From: an uncultured delta proteobacterium
GTDB lineage: Bacteria > Desulfobacterota > Binatia > UBA9968
NCBI GenBank assembly: GCA_963745835.1
Contig: CAVUZH010000008.1
Coordinates: 128,001 to 192,000, forward strand
Length of the DNA stretch: 64,000 nt
Direction: 5' to 3'
A program made the position numbers and the translations under genes. Each line of letters starts with the position of its first letter. The stretch's first letter is position 1. The notes under the pieces are model-generated. The model was given only the letters and a program-made list of their open reading frames with translations. It did no database searches and was not told the origin of the DNA. Positions 51,182-61,555 of the stretch are shown piece by piece.

Positions 51182-52045
51182 TCACGGCACTCGCAACTTC
51201 GGATCGAGAGCGTCACGCAAAGAGTCTCCAAAGACATTGAAAGCAAACACCGCCAGGCTGATCGCCAAGCCCGGAAACAACGCCATCCACGGAGCGCGCT
51301 CCGCGAAATCCACCGCTGCTCCACGAAGCATCAATCCCCAGGCCGCCGTCGGTTCCGCCACTCCTAAACCGAGAAACGAAAGCGAGGCTTCAAGAAGGAT
51401 CGCCTGGCCGAGAAAAGCGGTCAAAATGATCAGATAAGGCGCCACAACATTTGGCAGCATGTGACGCAATATCACACGGGCGTGACCCGCACCTAGAGTA
51501 AGCGCCGCCTCGACAAAGAGCATCTGGCGCAATGCCAGTGAGCTGCTCCGCACTACCAGAGCGGCACGGGGAATCATCGGAATAGCGATCGCCACTATGA
51601 CATTCCAGATCCCCGAGCCAAGCAGCGCGACGACAACGAGAGCCAGAACAATCAGCGGAAACGATATCAGGATATCAAGCAGCCGTTGCAGGAAAAGATC
51701 AACTTTGCCGCCGAAGTAGGCGCATGTCACACCGAGAACAGCGCCTACCGTGGTAGCAAAAAACGAAGAAGAGAATCCGACCCATAGCGCGGTGCGGGAG
51801 CCATAGAGTAGCCGCGAGAGCACGTCGCGCCCGAAGGAATCGGTTCCTAGCCAGTGAGTTGCGCCCGGAGCATGAAACATGGCGCCATAATTGTTCTGCA
51901 AAGGATCGAAAGGAGCGATGATCTCCGCTAGCAAGGCCGCTAAAGTCATCAATACAACAATCGCCGCGCCAACGGCTCCGAGAGGCCGCCTCTGAGCAAA
52001 ACGACGCACCGCCTGGCACTGCCGTCGCGCTCGGAGTGAAATCAT
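51182..52045 (-). CDS. peptide ABC transporter permease (OppC-like)
   Basis: HWLGTDSFGRD, FVEAALTLGA, LSFLGLG, GDSLRDALDP. Confidence 0.92.
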   Translation of the reverse strand: MISLRARRQCQAVRRFAQRRPLGAVGAAIVVLMTLAALLAEIIAPFDPLQNNYGAMFHAPGATHWLGTDSFGRDVLSRLLYGSRTALWVGFSSSFFATTVGAVLGVTCAYFGGKVDLFLQRLLDILISFPLIVLALVVVALLGSGIWNVIVAIAIPMIPRAALVVRSSSLALRQMLFVEAALTLGAGHARVILRHMLPNVVAPYLIILTAFLGQAILLEASLSFLGLGVAEPTAAWGLMLRGAAVDFAERAPWMALFPGLAISLAVFAFNVFGDSLRDALDPKLRVP

Positions 52046-52078
52046 CCTAGCGTCTTTCTCTGGCGCTGTGATGTTTCA

Positions 52079-53029
52079 CTAGTAGTGGATGCGCGGGTCG
52101 AGCCAGACATATAGCAAGTCCAGAAAAAAATTCATCGCGATAAAAGCAAACGAGACCAATAGCACCAAAGCCTGGGTCATCGTGTAGTCTCGATGGGTGA
52201 TCGATTCGACGAGCAGCATGCCAATGCCGTTGAGATTGAAGACTTGCTCCGTGACAACGAGCCCGCCGATCAAAAAAGCGAATTCCAAACCGATCACAGT
52301 AACGATCGGCAGCAGCGCATTCCGCAATGCATGTTTCAGGACCACCGCATTTTCCCTGAGGCCTTTGGCGCGGGCTGTGCGAACATAATCTTCACGCAAA
52401 ACTTCTAATACCGATGATCGCGTCATGCGCGTTGCCATGGCCGAATAGCGGTATCCCACCGCCAAGGCAGGCCATATCATTTGCGACAAATTGGCCACCG
52501 GATCGGTCCAGAAGGACGTAAAGGTCAATGGCGGCAGCCATCTGAAGAAGATGAGAAACATTAAAATGATCACGATGCCGAACCAGAACGACGGCACTGC
52601 CAGGCCGCCGATGGAAAAGATCCGCACCAGGTAGTCCACCCAGGTATCCTGCTTCAAAGCAGCCAAGGTGCCGCAGGGAAGCGCGATCAGAATAGCCACC
52701 AGAGTCGCCATGATCGCCAGCTGAAGACTCAGCTCGAGCCGTATTCTAATTTCTTCCGCAATAGGTCTACCCGTCCACATGGAAAGGCCAAAATCCAGGC
52801 GCACAATGCCCCACGACCAGTTCAGGAACTGCTGCCATACCGGTTTATCGAGTCCGAGCTGGACCCGCTCGCGCTCGATCGCTTCCTTCGGCGCAAACGT
52901 GCCGCTGCCGGCATACTTGAGCTCGACGATGTCTCCCGGCGCGATTCGGAGTAAGACGAAGACCAGCACGGCAACGCCGAAGAGCGTCGGAATCATCAGT
53001 AGCAGACGCTTGACAATGTATTGTCCCAT
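52079..53029 (-). CDS. peptide ABC transporter permease (OppB-like)
   Basis: APGD, EDYVRTARAKGL, HALRNA, LDPRIHY. Confidence 0.92.
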   Translation of the reverse strand: MGQYIVKRLLLMIPTLFGVAVLVFVLLRIAPGDIVELKYAGSGTFAPKEAIERERVQLGLDKPVWQQFLNWSWGIVRLDFGLSMWTGRPIAEEIRIRLELSLQLAIMATLVAILIALPCGTLAALKQDTWVDYLVRIFSIGGLAVPSFWFGIVIILMFLIFFRWLPPLTFTSFWTDPVANLSQMIWPALAVGYRYSAMATRMTRSSVLEVLREDYVRTARAKGLRENAVVLKHALRNALLPIVTVIGLEFAFLIGGLVVTEQVFNLNGIGMLLVESITHRDYTMTQALVLLVSFAFIAMNFFLDLLYVWLDPRIHY

Positions 53030-53073
53030 TGATTTGAGTTCGACCGCGGCGATGATCACTGATCATCAGGCGC

Positions 53074-54684
53074 TTACGGCGCCAACCATACGTCCCTAAG
53101 ATCCTGATTGACATAATGGCTCGGACCGATTTTCCACCCCTTGAGCCGGCTGCTATGTGGCACGATCCGCTGCCACCATAGAAGCGGAAACTGATAGGCC
53201 TGGTCGGCGATTGCGTGTCTTTCCATCTGGCGTAGCAACGGCAGCCGGTCTTTCAGATCCAGCATCCGGCTCTGCCTTTCATAAAGCTCGTCAAGCGTAG
53301 CATCCTTAAAACGCGAGTAATTGATCGGGCTCTTCTCGGTGCTCACATACTTCAGCAAGTAAAGATCGGGTTCGTCCATGAAGTCACAGGCGAAATCCAC
53401 GCCGGCATCGAAGTTTCCTTGGCGCAGATCATTAAAGTAGGGGCCGCCCTCCTGCGGCGAGTGGGTCACGTTGAGGCCGATTTTCCGCCATTGATCGACG
53501 AGAAACACACCGCTCACTTCGTAGGGCTCCTTGACATTGCGGTTCTTTAATACAAACGAGAATCCTTCCGGCACTGCCGCTTCCTTCAGCAGCCGCCGCG
53601 CTTCTTTGCGCGATGTCTCGATGTCCTTACCGAATCCGGCAAGCTTCGTCAGTTCGGCCGGCGGTGTCGCGAATTCTGAGCCCGGACGAAAGACGCCGCC
53701 TACATACTTCATCACCGAGATTTGGGACAACGCCTTCGACGCCTCGTTGCGATCGATGGCGAGGTTTAACGCCCGTCTGACACGCACATCGTTGAACGGC
53801 TTTTTCTCGTTGTTAAGAGCAACTAAGATATTGCAGGCCCAGGGGCTCTCCTGCACGAGCGCCTTGTTTCCCAGAGCTTTCACAATGTCATCCCGGGCGG
53901 CCGGATTGAACCCACGGAATTCAGCGAGCACTTGACCGCTTCTTACCGCCGCCACACGAGGAGCGGTATCCCGGATGAAGACGGCTCGGAATCCATCTAG
54001 GTAGGGCCGGCCGGCCATAAAGTAATTCGGATTTCGTTTGCCTGTCCAATGAGAACCTGCGACGTGCTCGCCGAAGATAAACGGCCCCGAGCCCAGAATG
54101 TTTTTCTCGTACCAGCGCGGGTCTTTTTTGAGTCGCTCCGCGCTATAAATGAAATTCCAAGGGGACGCTAGATTTGCCAAAAAAGACGCCGCGATGTGCT
54201 TGAGGCGAAAAACCACGGTCGCATCATCCGGCGCTTCGATCTTATCGACCATAGCAAAGGAAGCTTTGCGAGCGCTGGCAACTCCTTCGGGAGGAAAGAT
54301 GATCTTGTCATAACTGGCCTTGACGTCGCGCGCCGTCAGTGGACTCCCATCGTGAAATTTGATGTTTTTGCGGAGGGTGAACGTGGCCGTCAAGCCGTCT
54401 TTCGAGAACGACCAGCGCTCGGCAACATCGCCAACGATTTTTGGGTAGTTCTGCGGATCGAAGCGGAGCAGCGTGCTGTAATGCGGCGCTACCGGATGTA
54501 ACATGCCGAAAGTTGTTTCACGATGCCCGTCGAACGACGGTGGAAGTTCGCCGACGGCAAACACAAGCTCCCCTCCAGAGCGCGGCTGTTGCGCGGAGGG
54601 ACTCTCGGCCGCTTGGCCTAACGCCGGCCATCCGAATAAAGTTACAGCAATCACTAACAAGATTCGTCGCTTGATTTTAATCAT
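53074..54684 (-). CDS. peptide ABC transporter substrate-binding protein (family 5)
   Basis: Signal peptide, FHDGSPLTARDV, GSGPF, VRRALNLAIDR. Confidence 0.92.
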   Translation of the reverse strand: MIKIKRRILLVIAVTLFGWPALGQAAESPSAQQPRSGGELVFAVGELPPSFDGHRETTFGMLHPVAPHYSTLLRFDPQNYPKIVGDVAERWSFSKDGLTATFTLRKNIKFHDGSPLTARDVKASYDKIIFPPEGVASARKASFAMVDKIEAPDDATVVFRLKHIAASFLANLASPWNFIYSAERLKKDPRWYEKNILGSGPFIFGEHVAGSHWTGKRNPNYFMAGRPYLDGFRAVFIRDTAPRVAAVRSGQVLAEFRGFNPAARDDIVKALGNKALVQESPWACNILVALNNEKKPFNDVRVRRALNLAIDRNEASKALSQISVMKYVGGVFRPGSEFATPPAELTKLAGFGKDIETSRKEARRLLKEAAVPEGFSFVLKNRNVKEPYEVSGVFLVDQWRKIGLNVTHSPQEGGPYFNDLRQGNFDAGVDFACDFMDEPDLYLLKYVSTEKSPINYSRFKDATLDELYERQSRMLDLKDRLPLLRQMERHAIADQAYQFPLLWWQRIVPHSSRLKGWKIGPSHYVNQDLRDVWLAP

Positions 54685-54930
54685 AAACTCCTCCCTTCAG
54701 GGGATGGACTATCCATCGCTTTTAACGTCGTTAGGGTATGAGCACATAGCTGGGCGAAAATAGGTGATTCGACTTCGTGATGTCAAGCTGCTAGAGAGTT
54801 GCGGCCGTGGCAAGCGAAAGTTTTTGATTGCGCTCCTAATCAGTTGGTGGCGAAAACGGTGCGGCAGTACTGTGATCCATTGTCTCCAGGAATAATTTAG
54901 GACAAAATAGTTCTTTATCGCGCAACCGGA

Positions 54931-55893
54931 ATGTCCCCGACGACATCTAAGGCAATCCTACTGAAGGAAGATTTCACCATAGAGAGACGACAAAAACTTG
55001 CGCCACCCAAACCGCTCAGCGGCAAGGAAAGGCGCCTGCTCAATCCGAATCACGGGCTAGTCAAGCTTTTTGAGCGCAATATGGACCGGCTCATATCGCG
55101 TTTCCTGTCCCCTCATCTGTCCGCCATTTGGAATCCCTATGCCTGGGTCATCGAGCGTCGTTTCCGAGTAGCGGAGACGACCCTGTCGCCTGCCGGCTGG
55201 CCGCCAGGGCTTCCCCCTCTGCGCGTGCTACTGCTATCGGACATCCACTGCGGCATATTTCTTAAACCCCAGATCTTGGCCGAAGTCGTCAGCTTCCTGA
55301 TGCAGCTCGCACCTGATCTGGTGGTGGTGACAGGTGATATCGTCACCGGCCATTCACGTGAAGTGCGGCCATTTCTCGACGCTCTCGCGCCCCTATCGCG
55401 CGCTCCGCGAGGGGCTTGGTTCTGCTTTGGCAATCACGACTATTTTGGCGGCGATCCAGAAGAGATTCGCAAAGCTCTGCAGGGCGTCGGTATCGCTACC
55501 CTCAACAACCAATCAGTGACCGTAGCTCATGGCACGGGAAACTTTGTGCTTGGCGGGATCGATGATCTCATCCTCGGCAAGCCGGATTGGGCGCGCCTGA
55601 TGTCCGAACTCGGCGCACCGCATCTCCTATTAGCCCATAACCCCGATCACTTTTATGATGCCGCGGGTCATGGAGTAACGCTCGTCGTTTCCGGGCACAC
55701 GCATGGTGGGCAGATTCGCTTTCCTCATGGGCCGCCCATCATCAGGCAAAGCCGGTTCTGCCTGGACGAAGGAGTTTATTCTTTTCAATCGTCACTGCTG
55801 GTAGTCACACGTGGTCTCGGCAGCATTTTGCTGCCGTGGCGCTGGGGCGCCGACCCCGAGGCGGTCATGATCGAGATCGTTTCCGCAAAGTAG
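54931..55893 (+). CDS. metallophosphoesterase (calcineurin-like)
   Basis: SDIH, TGD, GNHD, LAHNP, SGHTHGGQ. Confidence 0.92.
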   Translation: MSPTTSKAILLKEDFTIERRQKLAPPKPLSGKERRLLNPNHGLVKLFERNMDRLISRFLSPHLSAIWNPYAWVIERRFRVAETTLSPAGWPPGLPPLRVLLLSDIHCGIFLKPQILAEVVSFLMQLAPDLVVVTGDIVTGHSREVRPFLDALAPLSRAPRGAWFCFGNHDYFGGDPEEIRKALQGVGIATLNNQSVTVAHGTGNFVLGGIDDLILGKPDWARLMSELGAPHLLLAHNPDHFYDAAGHGVTLVVSGHTHGGQIRFPHGPPIIRQSRFCLDEGVYSFQSSLLVVTRGLGSILLPWRWGADPEAVMIEIVSAK

Positions 55894-55899
55894 TCTCGA

Positions 55900-56250
55900 G
55901 TCATCCATTATCAACGCGGCCCAGGATGCGACGATGTTCGCGCGCTGCCGATAAAGAGAAGTGGCCACCCCTACCGAGCTCCAGCCAGCGGCAATAATAA
56001 ACGTGGTATTCAGAGCCGCTACAAACCCAGAGGGATTTGCCGTCGTGAGAGCGGTTCCGGCGATCCCGGTATGATGTTCAAAGGCTACCGACATCAGCAA
56101 ACTGCTCAACGCGATTCCCAAAACATTCCCGAAACCAAAAGTAACGTGATTCACCGCCGATGCGAAACCGCGATGCTCGGCCGGCATCATCGCGATCATT
56201 GCCATAGAATTGGCCGGATTGAAAATTCCGTTGGTGATGGCGTTCGAATC
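55900..56250 (-). pseudogene. C-terminal fragment of a DHA2-type MFS transporter (boundaries approximate)
   Basis: NGIFNPANSMAMIAMMPAEHRGFASAVNHVTFGFGNVLGIAL...GFVAALNTTF resembles the last TMs of a 14-TM MFS; no N-terminal part upstream. Confidence 0.55.
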
Positions 56251-56472
56251 CATAGCTCGGAAAACTGCGCCCCGGCAAGTAGAAGGGAGCGGCGCCATGG
56301 TTTGCGACTTGTTAATGTTCTAGTGGTTTTCGAACCTGTAGATCTTGTTGTCGCGCTCTCCGGCGGGCATCAAAAATCGCAGCATGAAGTAGCAATTAGA
56401 GATCGGTTCGCAAGTTCATTCCGTGCGCAAAATAATGTCGAAAAAGCTTTTACTGTGCTTAGACCAACTCGC

Positions 56473-57549
56473 TCACTGAACCAAAATTTTCTTCATCTTG
56501 GCTAATATCGCGGGCGGGGCTTTGAGAATGCTCTGAACGACTTCGGTCACACGTTCGCCGCTGCTTGGCGAAAATTCAATCTTGCTTTTCTTGGCGTCCG
56601 AGATAAATTCCGGATCTGCAAAAGTTGCTGAGAATCCCTTGCGCAGGGCTTCAACCCGGTCTCTGGGAACCTCGGGATGAACTACGTACGGGTTGGTGAT
56701 CTCCGAAGGGGCATGCATCGCGCGCAGCAGTAACTTCGCTTCCTCCGTCTTAGCTAATGTCTCAACGGCGGGAACTCCCTTCATAAGCGGATGATCCGGA
56801 GTTTTATCGCCCATGATCAGAAGCGGCTTTAGTGTGCCGCTCTGGATTAATTGAAGGTGCCTGCCGGTGGTTAACATCGCCAGCCAACTTGCGCAATAAC
56901 CATCCACTTCCTTGGACTCGGTGGCGTTGACGATGCTGGCAACTCCTTCGAATCCCCGCACCAGCTTCATCTGTGTTCCAAAAGCCGCATTGATAATCGC
57001 CGGTGTGTCGTAGATCGTGCTGCCCGGCGCCATGGTGCCCATGGTAAAAGGCTTGCCGGCTGTGACATCGTCAAACGACGACACCGCGGAATCGGTGCGT
57101 CCGACACATGCGATCGCAGTATTCACCGCGCTGCCGATCCATTGGTACCTTGCCGAATCAAACTCAATACCCGGCGCGCCAATCGCCTGCCGCAAAGGAA
57201 ATGTTTCGCCGAACGAGCCGATCACAGTGCCGTCCTTCGGCTCAGCATTGTAAACCGCGTTTGCGGCGATTAGGCCGCCGGCGCCCGCCCTGGGCTGAAC
57301 CAACAGAGTAGGATTGCCGGGAATAAATCGCGACATGTGACGCGAGATTAGCCGCGAGTAGATATCGTAGGTCCCCCCAGGGCCCGAGCCGATCACGATT
57401 CTGATGGTTTTTCCTCGATAGAAATCTGCCACGGCTTTCTCATCGAAAGCCGGGCTGTTGCTCTTGACCGGCTGAGCTTGTGCCTGATCGCCAAACGGAG
57501 GGAGCATCAGCATGAGTATCATCAAAGTGCTGAGTCGAAGGTGGTTCAT
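56473..57549 (-). CDS. tripartite tricarboxylate transporter substrate-binding protein (Bug/TctC-like)
   Basis: FYRGKTIRIVIGSGPGGTYD.YSR, IPGNP, GAGGLIAAN, PKDGT. Confidence 0.88.
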   Translation of the reverse strand: MNHLRLSTLMILMLMLPPFGDQAQAQPVKSNSPAFDEKAVADFYRGKTIRIVIGSGPGGTYDIYSRLISRHMSRFIPGNPTLLVQPRAGAGGLIAANAVYNAEPKDGTVIGSFGETFPLRQAIGAPGIEFDSARYQWIGSAVNTAIACVGRTDSAVSSFDDVTAGKPFTMGTMAPGSTIYDTPAIINAAFGTQMKLVRGFEGVASIVNATESKEVDGYCASWLAMLTTGRHLQLIQSGTLKPLLIMGDKTPDHPLMKGVPAVETLAKTEEAKLLLRAMHAPSEITNPYVVHPEVPRDRVEALRKGFSATFADPEFISDAKKSKIEFSPSSGERVTEVVQSILKAPPAILAKMKKILVQ

Positions 57550-58037
57550 AGATATCCTCGCATCTGAATAGACTAGTGGTCTGGGCTGCGTCTCGAGAAT
57601 CGCGTCGGTAAACTTTTCTCAATCTATCGATTCAATTTTATAGAACGCAATCGGTGAGAAAGCCCGACTCGTCCATCATATGAACGAAGGTGTTCCGATA
57701 ACATCCTCACTCTGTGCCTTGGCTAGTTTCGAAATTTAGTACTCATAAAACGGCCCGACGACGAATAGGAATCGGCCTAGTGCATGAAGGACCGTCATCA
57801 AGACTTCGCCGCTCATACGTCAAATCCAACTCAGAAAACAAACCGGTTGTAGAGCGCTTGCAGAATATTTAGGAACATATCATCCGTCAAGGTAAATCAA
57901 CTCGCCGCACTCGACCAGGGAGTTTAGCGGATTGGCCGGACCAACACCGGACGTATGTCGTTGCGGTGCCTCTTGTGATTATATTACGTGCAATCAGAAC
58001 CGTTTTATGTGTTGATAGCGCAGAAAGGAGAAGGAGC

Positions 58038-58869
58038 ATGTTGAAACCGATCGGGCTAGTGGCGGGCCATTATGAATGCCGCTCACTGCAACAAACCTTG
58101 CCTATTCTGCAAGACCTTCTGGCTCTTGAAGTGGTCGCGCGAAATGATGGTGAGATCATTCTCAAGCATCCCAATACCGACTGGAAGCTGATCGCACACG
58201 AGTCAGATGCCGATGGTCCGGATAAGCCCTTTCAACATCACTACGGCGTGCGTGTCGCGACCCACCGTGAGATCGATGAGGCGCACGAATACCTGCAAAG
58301 CAAGAAGAGAGAATACAAGATCAAAATCATCCAACCTAAAGAAAACCATAACGCGTACTCGGTCCATTTTTTTGAACCCGGAGGAAATTTCTGGGAGATC
58401 GAATCTTACGAAAAAGCCGATGAAGCCGGTATGGGTACCACGCGCCCTCACTGGCGAACTCCAATCAGCCAAGAGAAGTTTCCAGGCACGGGTACATTCC
58501 TCAGGCGCTGACGCACGGCACGGTCCAGTTTCACGACATAGAAGCCACCCGCCGTTTTTATGAGAACGTTCTCGGGTTGGAGGTTGTCCAACTGTGGCCT
58601 CCTCCATCTATGTGAAACATCCGCAAAGTCCCTGGTACATTGTCAATCTGCCTTTTCGCGCCGAACCGATTCTGCCCACTCGAGCGCAACGTTTTGTTCT
58701 TGCGCTTGAATCAGCGTCCGAAGTCCAAGAGGCGCACCACTGGCTTTCAAGTTCCGCCCAGACGCTGGGACTTAGCACATTAGACCCGATTCAAAGTTCG
58801 AATGATGTTGCTTGGTTCATTTTCTCGGACCTGAATCGCAATTGGTGGGAAGTTACCAGCGCACGCTGA
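58038..58869 (+). CDS. two-domain VOC family protein, frameshifted near 58490-58590
   Basis: HHYGVRV, FFEPGGNFWEIE; then PQALTHGT, FYENVLGLEV; then FSDLNRNWWEV; AGGAG RBS. Confidence 0.75.
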
Positions 58870-59010
58870 CGGGCCAAGTTCGTCATCGGCGTCAGAGGAT
58901 TCCGAGTGGATGGCGTGGAACAAGTCTATCTCTGGTGTTTAACCAATTCGACTTGATCCCTGGCTGAGCACATTCTGCTGCCCGGTTGGAGCAAACACGA
59001 GGAAGAAAGA

Positions 59011-59342
59011 ATGTCTGAATTCAAGAGGCGATCGCGAACTCGGAACTCGATGAAGGTTCGATCCTGGCCGTCAGAATCAACGGCGAGCGCATTGCGCTTT
59101 ACAAAATTGCCGGCGAAGTTTATGGCACCAGCGAGATGTGCTCGCATAGCGACTGCTCACTCGAAGATTTCGGCAAGATAGTCGAACACGATCAGGTGGA
59201 ATGTATCTGTCACGGCGCAAGGTTCCGCATCAAAACCGGGGAAGTGACAAGGTTACCGGCTGAGGTTCCACTCAAAACCTATTCAGTAAGGATCGATAAT
59301 GACGAGGTATGGGTCCGAGTGCCGGATCAGGCCAAGACATGA
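59011..59342 (+). CDS. Rieske 2Fe-2S ferredoxin; frameshift just after the start
   Basis: ELDEGSILAVRINGERIALYKIAGEVYGTSEMCSH...ECICHGARF..KTG...P...PLKTY (CxH...CxxH). Confidence 0.85.
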
Positions 59343-60203
59343 TGAGGACGGCAAGCGTTTTTCCCTTTTGCAGCACAACTTGCTGATTGGAACAGCAAGT
59401 ACGTTTGATCGTTAATTCGTTACTCTTGCGATCGTTGTCTTCTAACTGCCTTCCCCTCCCGCCATTCGGGCCCAAAGCCGCGTTAACATCGACAGGAACT
59501 CCTCAAAGCTATTATGGGCCCCCGACTGAAGTCGTGAGTTCCATCGTTCGGTCTCCTAAGCACGAGAAGGCTTAAAGCAGCTACGGCTGGTGTCGAACAA
59601 CTACAAATTAGATTCGCGTGAACCGAGAATTTCCTGAAGTGCCAAAGAAGACTTGTATCCTACAAGTCACCTTCTGCAAAAATTTTGTTTGAAATGAACT
59701 ACGCCAGAGCTGGAGGAGAAGCCCTTCGACCTCCACCCGTAAATCGCGCGCCGAGCCTCGTCGCAAAATTCTAGATGAAAAGATCTCCATAGGTAGGAAT
59801 GCGCAGTGCACTACCTAAATCGCTCTACGATGGCTTTCTGGCACCTTGCTTGCGTCCCACGCCTAACCGACATTGCACACTGAGTGCTCTGAGATGGAAA
59901 TCCAAACCGCATGATCCATACAGCGGCTCCAATATCGGCATCAGAAGACGCCAACCAAAATTGATTCTGATACGCTCTAGCTCCACAGAGTTCAGTTTCG
60001 CAACGTGTCATTGACCACCGTATTCTGAATGATGATTCGAATACGGCAATTCATTATCGCCGAACAACTTAAGTAAGAAACAACTCTGCTCACCAGCGCA
60101 GGACTGCGGCACTCTCACGTCTACTTCATGCCCGTGGAATTTCGTTGGCTTCCATCACAGTCGTAATTTCTGCCTGCGGAGCAGCAACACCTCAGGAGGA
60201 GCT

Positions 60204-60638
60204 ATGACTAACAGAAATACGCATCCAACGGGTATCCTAGGCGTAAGACAATCCTCCATTGCGGATAGCACCTCAAGTGAAAGGACATCTGCTGGCAAAA
60301 TCAGGTCGATACTTATGTCGTTGTTATTATCTCCCACGCTGGCTTTTGGTTACCCGTTTCAGCTCAATTGGACCGACATGAACGCGGACGAGGACGGCAC
60401 GATAATTTATCGGGAGATATCTGGTGTTTTTCATGAAGTCGGCTTCGTCGGTCGCAACGTAACGAGTTTTACCGATGACCCGCCGGGAGCCGGCGGTGAT
60501 ACATTTTGCTGGATCGTACGGGCGTTTCGTGAAGGTGACATCTCCGGCTCGTCCAATGAAACCTGCGCGAGCGTGCCAACAACATCGTCAAATCCACGAC
60601 CTTCAAAGCCAGGACAGCGCGAAGGCCAAAGAAGATGA
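60204..60638 (+). CDS. small exported fibronectin type III-like protein
   Basis: GGAGG RBS; QLNWTDMNADEDGTIIYR...NVTSFTD...FCWIVRAF...SGSSNETC. Confidence 0.65.
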   Translation: MTNRNTHPTGILGVRQSSIADSTSSERTSAGKIRSILMSLLLSPTLAFGYPFQLNWTDMNADEDGTIIYREISGVFHEVGFVGRNVTSFTDDPPGAGGDTFCWIVRAFREGDISGSSNETCASVPTTSSNPRPSKPGQREGQRR

Positions 60639-60883
60639 CACTGCCGGTCTATAGCTTAACTCGGGTGAAGTAACGCCGAACGGCAGTCACCCGAGCGCGC
60701 CGCGGTCGAAATTCTAATGGACCCACCGCATTAGTGGGATTGAGTAGATTATAGATGATGATTGGCGGTGACACTTGCCGCAGCATCAGCACCATAATTA
60801 CTAACGCGGCTGATCGCATTCCTGTGAACTCGGATTGTTCCTAAGGCAAGAGCAGCGACTCTAGCCAGCTGATTCAATCCTCG

Positions 60884-61555
60884 CTAGAAAACCATACCGT
60901 TATTCATGCGCAAAACCCGCGTGGCGCAGGAGCTGGCGAACTCCTCATCATGGGTCGCGATAACCAAGGTGCGTCCTTCACCTACCAATCCCTGAAGCAA
61001 CTCTCGCAACTCACTGCGGCGCGCGCCATCCAACGATGCGGTCGGCTCATCCATCAGCAGCAGCGGCGGATCTACAGCCAGAGCGCGCGCGATCGCAACG
61101 CGCTGCGCCTCGCCACCCGAAAGTTCGCCCGGCAGCGCGTTGGCGCGATGTTCGACGCCGAGCAGCCTGAGTAGCTCCTGTGCGCGGCGAGCGGCTTCGC
61201 GGAAAGGCACACCATGCGCGTGTACCGGAGCGAGCCAGACGTTTTTAGCCGCCGGCATATGCTCGAACAGATGGTGAAACTGAAACACCATGCCGATTCT
61301 ACGACGCAGGAGACGCAGAGTATTCGCCGAATTGCCGCTGTTGCCGACTATCGTAAGATCTTCAACCTGGACGATTCCTGATTGAAACGGCTCTAACCCG
61401 GCGATTAATCTGAGTACCGTAGTCTTGCCGGAACCTGAAGGCCCCATTAGGGCGACGATTTCCCCGCGCGGCACACCGAACGTGATACCGTCCAGCACTT
61501 CGCGTTCGCCGCGACGAAGGTGCACGTCATTGAGCTGCAGCACGTGCGCGGTCAT
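60884..61555 (-). CDS. amino acid ABC transporter ATP-binding protein
   Basis: GPSGSGKT, GMVFQFHHLF, LSGGEAQR, LMDEPT. Confidence 0.92.
   Translation of the reverse strand: MTAHVLQLNDVHLRRGEREVLDGITFGVPRGEIVALMGPSGSGKTTVLRLIAGLEPFQSGIVQVEDLTIVGNSGNSANTLRLLRRRIGMVFQFHHLFEHMPAAKNVWLAPVHAHGVPFREAARRAQELLRLLGVEHRANALPGELSGGEAQRVAIARALAVDPPLLLMDEPTASLDGARRSELRELLQGLVGEGRTLVIATHDEEFASSCATRVLRMNNGMVF

Noticed and set aside
59730-59770. Minus-strand AIYGWR resembling a UvrD helicase motif
   Set aside because: Isolated 6-aa match in a short frame with no other helicase motifs
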